In this document: positions 1-10,617 of the stretch, in pieces
Position numbering within the stretch: position 1 is the first letter of the stretch
How the letters are laid out: each line of letters opens with the position of its first letter
Assembly (NCBI GenBank): GCA_963845755.1
Contig: CAWJTV010000019.1
Coordinates: forward strand, 32,001 to 96,000
Direction: 5' to 3'
DNA length: 64,000 bases
DNA from: an uncultured Planctomycetota bacterium
GTDB taxonomy: Bacteria; Planctomycetota; Planctomycetia; Isosphaerales; Isosphaeraceae
Program-made: the position numbers and the translations under genes
The notes under the pieces: generated by a model
Told to the model about the DNA's origin: nothing
The model's input: the letters and a program-made list of their open reading frames with translations, nothing else
Database searches by the model: none

Positions 1-1474
1 CCATCGCGGAGGTAAGCCTGGGGGTCGATCCCCAGATTCTTGCAGGTCGTGCACAAGCTCATCAACACGGCCGCCGTCTGGCCTCCCTGGTCGCTCCCCG
101 CGAATAACCAGTTCTTCCGTCCCAGCGCCACGGGCTTGAACGCGCGCGCGCACGCACCGTTGTCCAGTTCGAGGAACCCGGCCTCCAACGGACGCTTCAG
201 GGCCTCCCAATGGTTCAAGGCATACTGGATCGCTTCGCCGATCGGACTCTTGGGCAGAACCTTGGGCTGCTCGGCTTCCAGCCAGGCGTGAAACTTGTCG
301 AAGATCGAACGCGATCGCTCGTTTCGCAGTTCGTGCCGGAACGCGACGAAGGCCTCGTAGTCCGCGGTCTCGCGCTTCTTGGCGTCGCGTTCGACGTCGT
401 AGAGCAGGCTGATCCATGCCAGCGCCGATGGGACCGTTGCGGGTTGACGGTCCGCGCCTCGTAGAACTTCCGTCGCGCGTGCATCATGCAGCCGACCTCG
501 ATAATCTCGCCCGACTTGTACAGGCCGTCGTAGGCCGAATAGGCGTCGGCCTGGAGATAACCCTGGAAGTCCTTGAAGATCTCCCGGGGCCCGGTGGCGC
601 TGCGGTCCGGCGTGTAGCGATAGACCACGTAAGGATGGCCGCGGTCGCCGACGGAGACCCAGAGCCGGCCGGTCTTGATCCCCTTGCCGTCGTGGTCCTG
701 CACCGGCACCGTCGTGTCGTCGTTCTGGACGACCCTGGAGCTGAGGATCTTCTTCAGCATCAGATCGACGATCGGCTTGAGCAGATCGGCGATCGTGGCC
801 ATCCAGTCGCACATCGTTGACCGCGACAACTCGACGCCCGAGCGATCGAGGATTCCCTCGAGGCGATAGAGCGGCAAGTGATCGGCATATTTGCTGACGG
901 CGACGTAAGCCAGCAGCCCCGGGCCTGGCAGGCCCTTGTCGATCGGCTCGGGGAGCACGTCGGCGATCACGACGTTGGCCTGGCAGTCCTGGCAAGCGTA
1001 CTTGGGGCGGATGGGTTCGAGGATGACCAGGCGGGCGGGGATGAATTCGAGTTGCTCGCGGACTTCCCGGCCGATGCAGGTGCGCTCGGCGCCGCAGTCG
1101 GGGCAAGTGCGTTGTTCGGGCGGGACGTCGTGCAAGACCGGCACTCGGGGCAGGCTCGCCGGCAACGGCTTGCGTCCGTGGCCCTTCTTCTGGGCCGCAC
1201 TCGGAGCGGGCGTCGGGGCCGGGGCCGGCTCCGGGGTCGGGGCGGGTGTCGGCGCCGCCTCGGCCTGCTCCAGGATCTCCCGGGCGAAGAGCAAGAGCTG
1301 GGCCGGGTCGATCCGCTCCCCTTTGGGACCGTAGCGCTGGCGGAGGAGCTGCTCGAGCTGGTGCTGGAGCTTCTCGTTGAGATGGACCTGCTGGGCGAGC
1401 GACTTGAGCAGCTCACGGATGAGCTGATGGGCCGCCTCCAGGTCGTCCGGGAGTGGGTCCGCGAGGGTGATCAT
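1..1474 (-). CDS. tnpC: IS66 family transposase TnpC (frameshift near 420-430; runs off left edge)
   Basis: ORF 215..1474 has the coiled-coil N-terminus, HGRKPLP, CPDCG zinc finger, KYADHLPLYR, QADAY and CMMHARRKF motifs. The alternative frame continues EAIQYALNHW...ELDNG...ALGRKNWLFAGS to position 1. Confidence 0.95.
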
Positions 1475-1513
1475 ACCCTATACTACGTTGACGGGTGCTC
1501 GATTGTTGGCGCA

Positions 1514-1700
1514 TTATGCTCCTGTCGGTAGATTATTCTCCGAATTTCGAAGGGGAGTGGCGGGCCGCGAGTAGCGGACGCGCCGTCGGGCCTTGTCCAG
1601 ATCGATGCCGGCCAGGAGGGCGGCGAGTTCGGCGGTGGTCATCTCGACGCGATCGGCCGCCGCGTCCGGGATGCGGAAGGTGCCGCGTTCGAGCCTCTTG
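1514..1700 (-). pseudogene. tnpB: IS66 tnpB, C-terminal part
   Basis: KRLERGTFRIP...MTTAELAALLAGIDL is the typical TnpB C-terminal half. Confidence 0.9.
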
Positions 1701-1790
1701 ATGCTGGCATCACAGGACCCTCGTTCTTGTGGCGTTACACAAATCCTGAGACGTTGGGCTACTGCCGCCACAAATCGGCGGCCTCTCTTG

Positions 1791-3970
1791 CTACCGGTCG
1801 GGACGGTCCTTGGGAACGACCAACTCAGGGTGCCGGGCGGCGATCCAGGAGTTCTTTCGTCTGGCCAGTTGTCGCAGGCGACGAACCTCGTCCTTGTCGG
1901 CCCACACGATCAGATGCTTTCCCGAAGGCGTACGCCGCGAATGGACCCAACCCTGCTTGATCCAATAATGGACCTTCTGGGCGATGACGCCGAGTTTCCC
2001 GGCCAAGTCGGGGATCCACCACTCGTCCTGGCCGACGAGGTCGTCGCGGAACAGTTCTCCGACCAGCCCAAGTTCACGGACCAACGCCCCGATCGTTCCC
2101 GCCGTGAACACGCCGCGACGGCGCGGCGGGACGAAGCCCTCGGCATTGAGCCGCGCGGCGATCTGCGACAGGTGAAGTCCTTCTCGATGGAGTTGCTTGA
2201 TTCGTTCCGTGAGGCGTCGAAAATCCTTCAATTGCTCATACCTGCCGACTGGCCTCGCGACCTGCTGTTGGGTTGTCATGCCGCCGAGCCAAACGATCGT
2301 TACCTCGTTGAGCTCAGTCGCCTTGTCGGCCACGACAATGACCCGCTCCACCGCGCAGCGCACGATCTGCTTGCGATCCATCGCCGACGTGCCTGGTGCG
2401 TGCCAGAGCGCGGCGACGCTCTCGGAGAGCGATCGAATCCGTTGGCGATCGGCGTCGTTCAGCGTCGCCGGCAGTCTCGTCAGGAACCGATGGTAATCCT
2501 CCTCCGTTTGACGCTGCTTCTTCAGCGCGTCCTCCCACCGCGCCTCGAGTGTCCGCGCCACGAGTCGGTTCTCGGGCTCCACGGCCTGATACTGCCGCTC
2601 GGCCCTCTCGACCTCCTGGCGTGCGCGTTCCAGAGTCTGACGCCAATGGTCGTGGAGCGCTTGCGCTCTCGCTCGGCGTTCTCGATCGCGCGTAGGCTCA
2701 GGTCCAGCGCAGCGGGCTCCAACGCGCGGAGCACTTCCTTCGCGACCAGGTCGTCCAGCGTCTTTGCCGAGATGCACCCGCACGGCTCGTCCAGGGCCAG
2801 CCGCCAATACTCGCCGCAGTGATAGCCGGGCTTCTTGTCGGCCTTGTATCGCGTCGTCATGTGGCGGCCGCATTTCCCACAGACGACCAGGCCGGGCAGC
2901 AAGGCCTCGCCGCGTTTGGGCACGCCCCGCGTGTCGTGGAGCGATCGATTCTGTTTGAGGCGTTCCTGATTCGCGAGATAGCGATCCCAGCTAATGTACG
3001 CTGGGAGCCGATCCGGCAGGAACACGGCCAACTCCTCGGGCGGCACGAACCACTTGCCGCCTTCGGCTCGACCCGTCGTGGGATTCTTCGTCCCCGCGCG
3101 ATGTAGGCCATAAGCGTATGCCCCCGCATAGATGGGGTGTCGCAAGATCGACAGGACTCGACTGGGAGAGGCTGGCTTCCACTCCAGCTCCCCAATGCGC
3201 CCACCGCGATGACGGCGAAATCCCAGTTGCAGGTTGTTCACGACCAGGTAACGGAAGACCGCGTAGGCGGAACCGAGTTCCTCGAACTTCTCGAACACCA
3301 ACTGAATCATTCCACGCGCCTGCTCGTCAGGCTCTTGAATGATCTCGCCCGTGGCCGTCTTGAGGTATCCCAGCGGAACGGCCAGGAACAGCTCGCCGCG
3401 CTCCGCTTTGTTCCGACTGCCTCGAAGCAAACGATTGTACATAGTAATCAATTCGTATTCGCTCATTGCGCTTTTCATGCCAAGGAGGAGACGATCGTTA
3501 CTGTCCAAGGCATCGTAGACGCCATCTTGATCGCATAGCAGGGTGCGAAAGATGCCGCAGACGTCGATAAGACGATGCCATTCGGTATTCGACCGCGACA
3601 CCCTGCTAAGCTCCAACCCCAGCACGATCCCCACGTGGTTCAAGCTCACTTCCGTCATCAACCGCTGGAAGCCCGTGCGATGGTCGGTCAACTTGCCGCC
3701 GTGGCCCTGATCCTCGTCGATGATCACCACCCGCTCTGCGGGCCAACCGAGCCGTTGCGCGAACTGCGCCAGAGCATACTGCCGTTCGCGAGACTCGCGG
3801 TTCTCGAGGACTTGCTGCGGCGTTGACTGCCGCACGTACACGATCGCGAGTCGATCGAGATGCCGATCGCCAATCTTCGAGCTCGACCTCTGGCCGAAGG
3901 TGGAGGTCGATGGAGTCTCGTCGATTGATCTGTCCGTGCGATTGACGGCCCGTGCATCACGAGATTTCAT
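1791..3970 (-). CDS. Large serine recombinase (resolvase, recombinase, Zn-ribbon, coiled coil, C-terminal HTH-like); frameshift near 2665
   Basis: YVRQST catalytic motif, IDEDQG, ELSRVSRS, VPLGY, HPIYAG and CGKCG. The second frame 1791..2873 supplies the C-terminus. Confidence 0.92.
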
Positions 3971-4146
3971 CGCGCACCTCCTGAGCGGTGCGAGGCGCGC
4001 CGAGTTGTCGAGTCACGATGTCGCTGAGGGTGAGCAGCGTTCGTTGACGCTGCTCGTCCGTCAGTCGGCTCCAGAGTTGGTCCAGCACCGACGGCCGAAC
4101 GACCGACGTGCGCGGGGGGAGCAACGAGTCCGGCGTCTCGCGACAT
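3957..4146 (-). CDS. Small accessory ORF of the recombinase element (probable frameshift in a C-run)
   Basis: GGAGG RBS precedes ATG 4146. The helical tail LWSRLTDEQRQRTLLTLSDIV overlaps the recombinase start. Confidence 0.5.
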
Positions 4147-4280
4147 GGGGCACCTCCTTGGATCACGGGGTGTTGAGCTTCGATCCATTCCGCCAGCCGC
4201 ATCAGGCCGGCCAGCGCGATTATGGGGGTGTCCGACGATTCCTGTAAAGTCGAGAGGATGGGGGCAGTCTTACTCGTACT

Positions 4281-4488
4281 TCTTGGCCCAGACGGCCAGG
4301 CCATCGCGATCCCAGTACAGGATCTTGATGCGGTCGCGGCGCTTGTTGACGAAGACGAAGAGATGACCGGAGAGGGGATCTAGCGCCAGGCTGCCTGATG
4401 CCAGGGCGGCCAGGCCGTCAAAGCTCTTGCGCATGTCGGCCGGCTGTTTGGCGAGATAGACGCGGACCGCGGCGCTCAGTCCGAACAT
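4281..4488 (-). pseudogene. tnpB: IS66 tnpB, N-terminal part
   Basis: MFGLSAAVRVYLAKQPADMRKSFDGL...LFVFVNKRRDRIKILYWDRDGLAVWAK. Confidence 0.93.
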
Positions 4489-4841
4489 GGGCGTCCCTCC
4501 ACGACCGCGATGAGATGGCGGAGGGTCAGGGGGTCGAATCCGGGGGCGACGGCGATCCGACGTCCGTTGGAGAGGATGAGTTCGAGGTGGGGTCCCGAGG
4601 CGGCGCTCGGCGGGATGGGATCGGGAAGGATAGTGACCGGGAGGAAATGGCGGTCGGCACTGGCGAAAGGACGATCGTCGCTGGGAGTGCGATCGGCCGG
4701 GGCGGGCTGGTAGAGATGCTTTCGGAAGGAGTGAAGCGAGATTTGGCGAAGGCGGCAGAACTCGGCTTGAGTCAGACCGCTCCTGCGGAAATCGTTGAGG
4801 AGGGCATTCCATCGTAGATCGATGGTTCGGCTTCGAGACAC
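4476..4841 (-). CDS. tnpA: IS66 TnpA accessory protein
   Basis: SGLTQAEFC HTH-like motif, FLPV and LELILSNG motifs; overlaps the tnpB start. Confidence 0.88.
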   Translation of the reverse strand: MSRSRTIDLRWNALLNDFRRSGLTQAEFCRLRQISLHSFRKHLYQPAPADRTPSDDRPFASADRHFLPVTILPDPIPPSAASGPHLELILSNGRRIAVAPGFDPLTLRHLIAVVEGRPCSD

Positions 4842-4934
4842 GGCGTGATCTCCCTGACGGGACCACTGGCCCCGACAGCACTATCATCGCGGGGAGTCAC
4901 GCCGCTTTGTAGATGCACTTCACCGGACGGACAC

Positions 4935-5558
4935 CGAACAAGTTGAGGACGGGATGAGTCATTGGGAGAAGTTTCTTCATGCCCCCATGCCAGATGTGCT
5001 CGTTCAACTCGCCATCGTCCATGCAGAGTTCGAATCACTTCACCCATTCTTGGATGGAAATGGTCGCATTGGCAGAATCGTCATTCCTTTGTTTCTATAT
5101 GCAAGAAACCAATTGCATGCGCCTATGTTTTACCCGAGCGAGCACCTAGAAGCCAATCGACAGGAATATTGCGACCGCTTGCTAGCCGTGTCACGGGACG
5201 ACGATTGGACTGGCTGGTGCTGTTTCTTCCTCGACGCCCTGATCCAACAAGCACGCCAAAACGCAAACAAGACCCGCAAGATCTTGGACCTCTATGAGTC
5301 GCGAAAAGACCAGATTCCCTCCGTCACGCGCTCACCCCATGCCATCAAGGCTCTGGATTTTATCTTTAAGACTCCGGTCTTCAACGCGAAGACATTTGTC
5401 AATGAGTCGCGTATACCGGCTCCCACGGCTCGCCGAATTCTCAACGTGTTGGCCGATAGAAAGTTGCTAAGAACGATCCGCCAGGCTAGCGGCGCCGTCC
5501 CGCAATCTACGCGTTCTCTGAACTGCTGAATATTACCGAGGGGAGGACGATCATTTGA
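4935..5558 (+). pseudogene. Fic-domain protein, C-terminal part (5' part separated by IS66)
   Basis: Canonical HPFLDGNGRIGR motif. The frame is open back to the IS end (EQVEDGMSHWEKFLH). A frameshift near 5490 gives the tail RRPAIYAFSELLNITEGRTII*. Confidence 0.88.
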
Positions 5559-5752
5559 TGCTCGATTTTGGGAGGCCAAAACGCTTTGACGCTCATAAAG
5601 TCCCAAAAGTGAGCGTCAATAAAACTTGCCGCGCATGACTGAGCGTCAACAGAGACCAGCAGGGTGCTACATCAGCGCACTAGGCTTGCCGGGTTCCCTT
5701 GTTTTTATCCATCCTGCGTTCTTTGACATCCCGCACGCATCGCACGGGCGGT

Positions 5753-7146
5753 CAGGGCTTACGCACCAGCCTGGGATATCTGAGTGTTCTGGGAAAGAGC
5801 ATCTCGCCTCGATCCTACAGTCCGGCTGGTCGGGAAACGGACGTCTTTTGTACCATCGATCGCCAGGATAACTCGATCTTTTCAGGGACGTCCACACCAT
5901 GACCGTCAGCTCGGATTCGGCCTCCGCTACTCCCGCCCAAGACCCGATCTCACTCCTCGATCATTTCGCCGACTTGCCCGATCCCCGCCGCGAACAGGGG
6001 CGAATCCACCGACTCGATGAGATCATTTTCATCGCCACCTGCGCCGTGTTCTGCGGCGCCGACAACTGGGTGCAGATCGCCGATTATGCCCACTCCAAGA
6101 GCGACTGGCTCGAGACCTTCCTCGAATTGCCCGGCGGCATCCCCTCGCACGACACCTTTCGACGGGTCTTCTGCCTGCTCGACCCGCTGGCCTTTCAGAA
6201 GGGCTTCTCCTCCTGGATGACGGCGCTGATGGAGCGAACGGGATTGACCCCCGTCGCCACCGATTCGCCCGAGCTGACGCCGATCGCCATCGACGGTAAG
6301 GCCCAACGCGGCGCGGCGCGGCGCACCGTCGGCCGCTCGGCCCTGCATGTCGTCAGCGCCTGGGCGGTCGTGAACCATTTGACCTTGGGGCAAGTGGCCA
6401 CCGACGCCAAATCCAACGAAATTACGGCCATTCCCGACTTGCTCGCGATGCTGGACCTCAACGGGGCCGTGGTGACCATCGACGCCATGGGTTGTCAGAA
6501 AGACATCGCCGCCAAGATCATCGACGGGGGTGGCCATTACGAGCTCGCGGTCAAGGAGAACCAGCCGCACCTCTACGAGGACATCGCGCGGGCGTTCGAC
6601 GAGGCATTGGATCAGGGCGAGCCCGGGGTGGACTTCACTGAATGTCAGACGGAAGAGATCCGCAGCGGTCGCCAGGAGACCCGGAGTTGCTGTGTGATCA
6701 CCGAGCCGAAGGGGATCCGCAACCTGGGCCTTTGGGCCGGGCTGACGGCGATCGTGATGGTGATCAGCCATCGGGTGATCCATGGTGAGGCCAGCAGTGA
6801 GACCCGCTACTTCATCAGCAGCGCGTCCCAGCCGGCGACAGAGCACCTGCGTTGGGTGCGGGGTCATTGGGGGATCGAGAACTCGCTGCACTGGGTTCTG
6901 GACGTCTGTTTCTCTGAGGATGATCAACGGCACTGGGCCGGGAACAGCGCGGAGAACTTGGGATGGCTCCGCAAGATGGCTTTGTGCTTGCTCAAGGCGG
7001 AGAAGAACAGCAAGGGCAAGAGTATCGCGACGCGCCGCCTGGTTGCGGGCTGGAAGAATGACTATCTCTTGGATGTACTGGCCCAAATCCCCGAGAAATC
7101 AACTGTACTGGCCGAAAACCCCGAGAAATCTGGTGCGTAAGCCCTG
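5753..7146 (+). mobile_element. ISAs1 family insertion sequence, complete
   Basis: Perfect 17-bp IRs CAGGGCTTACGCACCAG at 5753-5769 and 7130-7146. 10-bp target duplication CACGGGCGGT at 5743-5752 and 7147-7156. Confidence 0.97.
5899..7140 (+). CDS. ISAs1 family DDE transposase
   Basis: DPR..HRL, IPSHDT, IAIDGK, KSNEITA, TIDAMGCQ, HWGIENSLHWVLD motifs. Confidence 0.97.
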   Translation: MTVSSDSASATPAQDPISLLDHFADLPDPRREQGRIHRLDEIIFIATCAVFCGADNWVQIADYAHSKSDWLETFLELPGGIPSHDTFRRVFCLLDPLAFQKGFSSWMTALMERTGLTPVATDSPELTPIAIDGKAQRGAARRTVGRSALHVVSAWAVVNHLTLGQVATDAKSNEITAIPDLLAMLDLNGAVVTIDAMGCQKDIAAKIIDGGGHYELAVKENQPHLYEDIARAFDEALDQGEPGVDFTECQTEEIRSGRQETRSCCVITEPKGIRNLGLWAGLTAIVMVISHRVIHGEASSETRYFISSASQPATEHLRWVRGHWGIENSLHWVLDVCFSEDDQRHWAGNSAENLGWLRKMALCLLKAEKNSKGKSIATRRLVAGWKNDYLLDVLAQIPEKSTVLAENPEKSGA

Positions 7147-7353
7147 CACGGGCGGTATCCCCGGGATCGGTGATATAAACTGGTCTCGGGGATATTAGCC
7201 ATTGACGGGAACCGGTTGACTCGGTATCCCTATTATTCTCCCGGGAAGGGCGAAAACTCCCGTGATTCTTGCGGGAATTCGTGAGATTTGCAGGGGGAGG
7301 CGATTGCCCTAACTCGGTGCTGGTCCAAGGATTGGGACGAACGGAACGGCGTG

Positions 7354-7427
7354 GGCCGGAGTGCTCAGGTGGCTAGAGCGCACCCCTGATAAGGGTGAGG
7401 TCCGAGGTTCGAATCCTCGTGCGCCCA
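7354..7427 (+). tRNA. tRNA-Ile(GAT)-like sequence with defective 5' acceptor strand (probable att-site copy or pseudo-tRNA)
   Basis: D arm GCTCAGGTGGCTAGAGC, anticodon arm CACCC-CTGATAA-GGGTG and T arm CGAGG-TTCGAAT-CCTCG are all present. The 5' GGCCGGA pairs only 5/7 with TGCGCCC and U8 is missing. Confidence 0.75.
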
Positions 7428-7999
7428 TTGGACGCAAGTCCTTAGCCGAACACAACTTGAGTGTACTTGCCGGCGGTTGGTACTGCGGCCTGTAAGTTCG
7501 ATGGCGGTCGTACCGGTACTACCAAGTTCCTTCGAAAATCCTCTTCCGACGTACCGCCAATAGTAGCCCAGGAATCTCGCCATCGTTCGCATCGACGACC
7601 GCGACCATGACCTGGGGACGTTTAACTGTCCCGAGTCTCTTGCGATTGCGGGGCTGGTTCGTCGTTGCGGTCTTCATCGTCTTGGGCGCGGGCGCGTCGC
7701 GGGGCGCGGTCCCTTGCGAGTGAGCTTGAATCTCGGCGTCGTGGTGCACAGGATTCGGGACATCGCGGGCTCTCCAGAAGCTTGCGACCTGGCCGGTTGG
7801 GTGCTTACGGCGCCCGACCGGCCTTTCTTCTTGGGTCGAACGTCTCGGTAAAATAGAGATATTTTAATAAAACTGATTACCAATTTCACTTGGGAACTTA
7901 ACGAGAAGAACGTGTTGGTTACCATTGTCTGTCGGAACGTGATCCATTGGCGAACCGATCCCTTTGCGGCTACCCTGATAGGGTGGAGATCAAAGTCTT

Positions 8000-8233
8000 A
8001 TGGTTACCGACCTTCTGGACCCGCCAATGGCGACAGAGATGCCCAAGACGATGCCAGTCAAACTTTATTCGGACGTCGTCAACTCGTCGCGGCTTGTTTC
8101 GGCGATCCGCATCGAGCCGATCTCGGATATGATCCGCGACATATTGCGGCCGATCCTGGCGAAGATGGGGCAAGCGGAAATGGGCCGGCAAATGGGGACC
8201 GCGGCGCCGCAGCGAAAGGCGGGCGATAAGTGA
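8000..8233 (+). CDS. Small hypothetical, possibly ribbon-helix-helix-like DNA-binding protein
   Basis: Short beta-like PVKLY segment followed by two amphipathic helices, downstream of an AT-rich tract at 7850-7900. Confidence 0.4.
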   Translation: MVTDLLDPPMATEMPKTMPVKLYSDVVNSSRLVSAIRIEPISDMIRDILRPILAKMGQAEMGRQMGTAAPQRKAGDK

Positions 8234-8634
8234 TCGACCGTGACCGAATCCGCGAGTTGGCCGAGAAGTTAACGTCCATGGGTTGTGCGCCGCCGCTCCA
8301 GGCGCCGACCGCACGAGAGGGTTTGCTCGAGTACCTGGAGCAGGTCGAGCCAGACGTCAATCTGATCGAGCAGATTGAAGCCAAGGTCATCGAGACGGCC
8401 GGTCGCTCGGGGCGGCTCGCGACGGCCGACAGGATCGGCAGGTATCGAGGGCTGCAAAAGCTCGCTGGAGAGCACCGTGCGCGACAAGACCGCGCCATCG
8501 GGGCTCTTGAGCAGGCCCGGATTCACGACCAGAGCGAACGGGCGCGGCGGCGGATCCGCGGGCGAAGAGCCGCCCGGGGCTGGCCAGCGAGGAACAGCGG
8601 GAGCTGTCCGATCGCCTGGCTCGGGTGCTGGTGA
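8230..8634 (+). CDS. Hypothetical helical protein
   Basis: Start overlaps the upstream ORF; plausible amino-acid composition in the first 100 residues. Confidence 0.35.
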   Translation: MIDRDRIRELAEKLTSMGCAPPLQAPTAREGLLEYLEQVEPDVNLIEQIEAKVIETAGRSGRLATADRIGRYRGLQKLAGEHRARQDRAIGALEQARIHDQSERARRRIRGRRAARGWPARNSGSCPIAWLGCW

Positions 8635-8918
8635 CGCTGGAGAGGTTCGTCTCAGGTTTCGCGAGGATTGGTAAACTCGAGCCTTGAATGTGGCGGAATG
8701 CACTGATGGCGCAGCGATGGCATCGTCTTAACGACATCGTAATAATGATGCACATGGCGCTATCATTTCGAGCCCGACCCGCCGGAGCGGGAATGATTTC
8801 TCGGCCGACCGCCTCGATGGCCGCGCGAGCAGGAATCGGCGGGCAGCAGGACGGACAACCGACTACGCGAGACCGGTAATCCCCATGCGTCCAGACAAGG
8901 AAAGGGGACCTTTACACC

Positions 8919-10026
8919 ATGACCGTTTCCAGGCTGAAGATCCCGGGCGCGGCTGCATTGGCCTGCGTTCTTGTGTTGGGCGGCATGCAGCCCTTCGGAG
9001 GCTCCGGCGCCGCCCGAGGAAGCCGGGAGCCGGCGCGGGGCGTACGGGATACCGCCGGTAGTCAGGCCACGCCGATCAACCCGATGGTCGAGCCCGCCCA
9101 GGCCGCTCGCAAACTCGCCGAGGCCATTCATGCGCCAACCCCCAGCTCGGCGCATCCCGAAGAAGGGTGAATCGGCTCAGCTCTACATGATGGACCTGGT
9201 CCAAGGAGGGACGACATTGGTTGCCGACGAGCCCGATCCGGGTCTCGATTTCTGCACGGCGTCGGGATGGTCGCATGACGGTACGCGGATCGTCTTTATC
9301 GCCAGGCCGTGGACTCGTCCTCAAGCATCGCAAATCAAGATGATCGAGGTTCGCGAAGGGCACCTGACGATCGCGGATCTTGGGGCGGGTACCTGCCCCA
9401 CCTTCTCCCCGGACGACAAGCGCATCGCGTTCTGGCTCGATCACGAAGCCGAGCCGGGGGCCGAGGTCGGTGTGTGGGTCATGCAGTCCGATGGGTCGGA
9501 ACGACGCCTGGTGGGGCAGGGCGGGGCTCCCTTGTGGTCTCCGGATGGGCGAGAATTCCTGTTGAACCAGGACTCCAAGCCTACCGTGTCCCTCGTGCTC
9601 AACCTCGAGAGCAAAGAGGACGGCCTGCTTGAACTCCCCGGACATCGGATCTTCTCGTGGCCGAGTTGGGCCGGCCCCGGGACGCTCGTATCGTCCATCG
9701 GCGCCCACGAAGAGGGCGACTCCGTCGTCCTCATCGACGTGAGCAAGCCGGCCAAGGCGAAGATCATTGCGGCCCTCTGGAGGAGGGATGAAGCCCTCGA
9801 CGCGGAGCCGCTCTGGCCCGTCTACTCGCCGGTCACCCGCCGTTGCATCTTCGTCGCGGCAGAGCCCAAGAAACGAACGCTCTATTCGGTCCGACGTGGC
9901 GAATCCCTGCGAGCGACACGACAGGAGCCCGAGGGATTCGATGACAGGCTCTCGGGTCTGTCGTTCTCGCCGGACGGTCGGTATCTCCTCTTCTGCGCCA
10001 ACCGGCCCGATCGGCGACTGAAATGA
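8919..10026 (+). CDS. TolB/PD40-like beta-propeller protein with N-terminal hydrophobic segment (frameshift near 9160)
   Basis: Repeated WSHDG, FSPDD, WSPDG and FSPDG motifs. Confidence 0.78.
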
Positions 10027-10256
10027 ATCGTCCGAGCCCGTGGTACCAGGCCCGCGGGCCGCGAAGGGGCCGCGACCATCTTGCCGAGAGGTCGCCATGA
10101 TGAAAGACGATCGAGCCTCGCGGTTCCGCTTCCGGCTCCGGCTCAGGATGATCTTGCTCGTCGTCGCCTTCCTGGATTCGCTTGACATCAAACCACTTGC
10201 AACGCGCTGGCCCGAGTTTGGCGCCGGTCGCAAGGCGGGAGCGCGGATGGCGGCTT

Positions 10257-10617
10257 TTACCTGTCAGGAAGATAACCTAGCTCCAGGGGGATCGCCTCCA
10301 TGTCGGCCGGGAGCGCGATGATGGCTTCGTGGAGCCGTTTGGGCTCCGAGGCGAGCAGCCCGCGCCGCGAGGCACAGGCCAGGCAGAGCCTCTCGTCATC
10401 GCGCGTGGAGGAAGACCTCGCTGTCCAGGAGGCGGTGATAGAAGTCCTGGCCGGGCGCCTTCATGTAGCAGAATTCGCGCACGCTGCCGCTCTTCACGCC
10501 GATCCGCCAGCCGGGTTCGGTCAGGTACATCCGGAACGGTGGTACGGTCTGTCGGTCTTCCGTGCTTTCTGGTGGCGACGGCTCGGAAGCGGGGGACGAG
10601 CTCGAAGGGTATTTCAT
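10257..10617 (-). CDS. Hypothetical protein (frameshift near 10400), CxxC motif
   Basis: Start overlaps the upstream stop; continues DERLCLACASRRGLL...LGYLPDR* in the shifted frame. Confidence 0.55.

Larger units (their letters stand above)
1696..4285 (-). mobile_element. Compact large-serine-recombinase element inserted in tnpB
   Basis: TCTTG occurs at 1696-1700 and 4281-4285. Removing the element plus one copy restores in-frame WAKRLERGTF and a 130-codon tnpB. Confidence 0.9.
1..4934 (-). mobile_element. IS66 family element (tnpA-tnpB-tnpC), left end at about 4934
   Basis: tnpA/B/C are in canonical order. The minus-strand terminus GTGTCCGTCCGGTGAAG resembles IS66 terminal IRs, and Fic coding sequence resumes right after 4934. 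The other end is outside the window. Confidence 0.85.

Noticed and set aside
7202..7240. Sigma70 promoter for the tRNA (TTGACG/TTGACT ... TATTAT)
   Set aside because: Spacing to a good -10 box is wrong and the site is more than 100 bp from the tRNA-like sequence.
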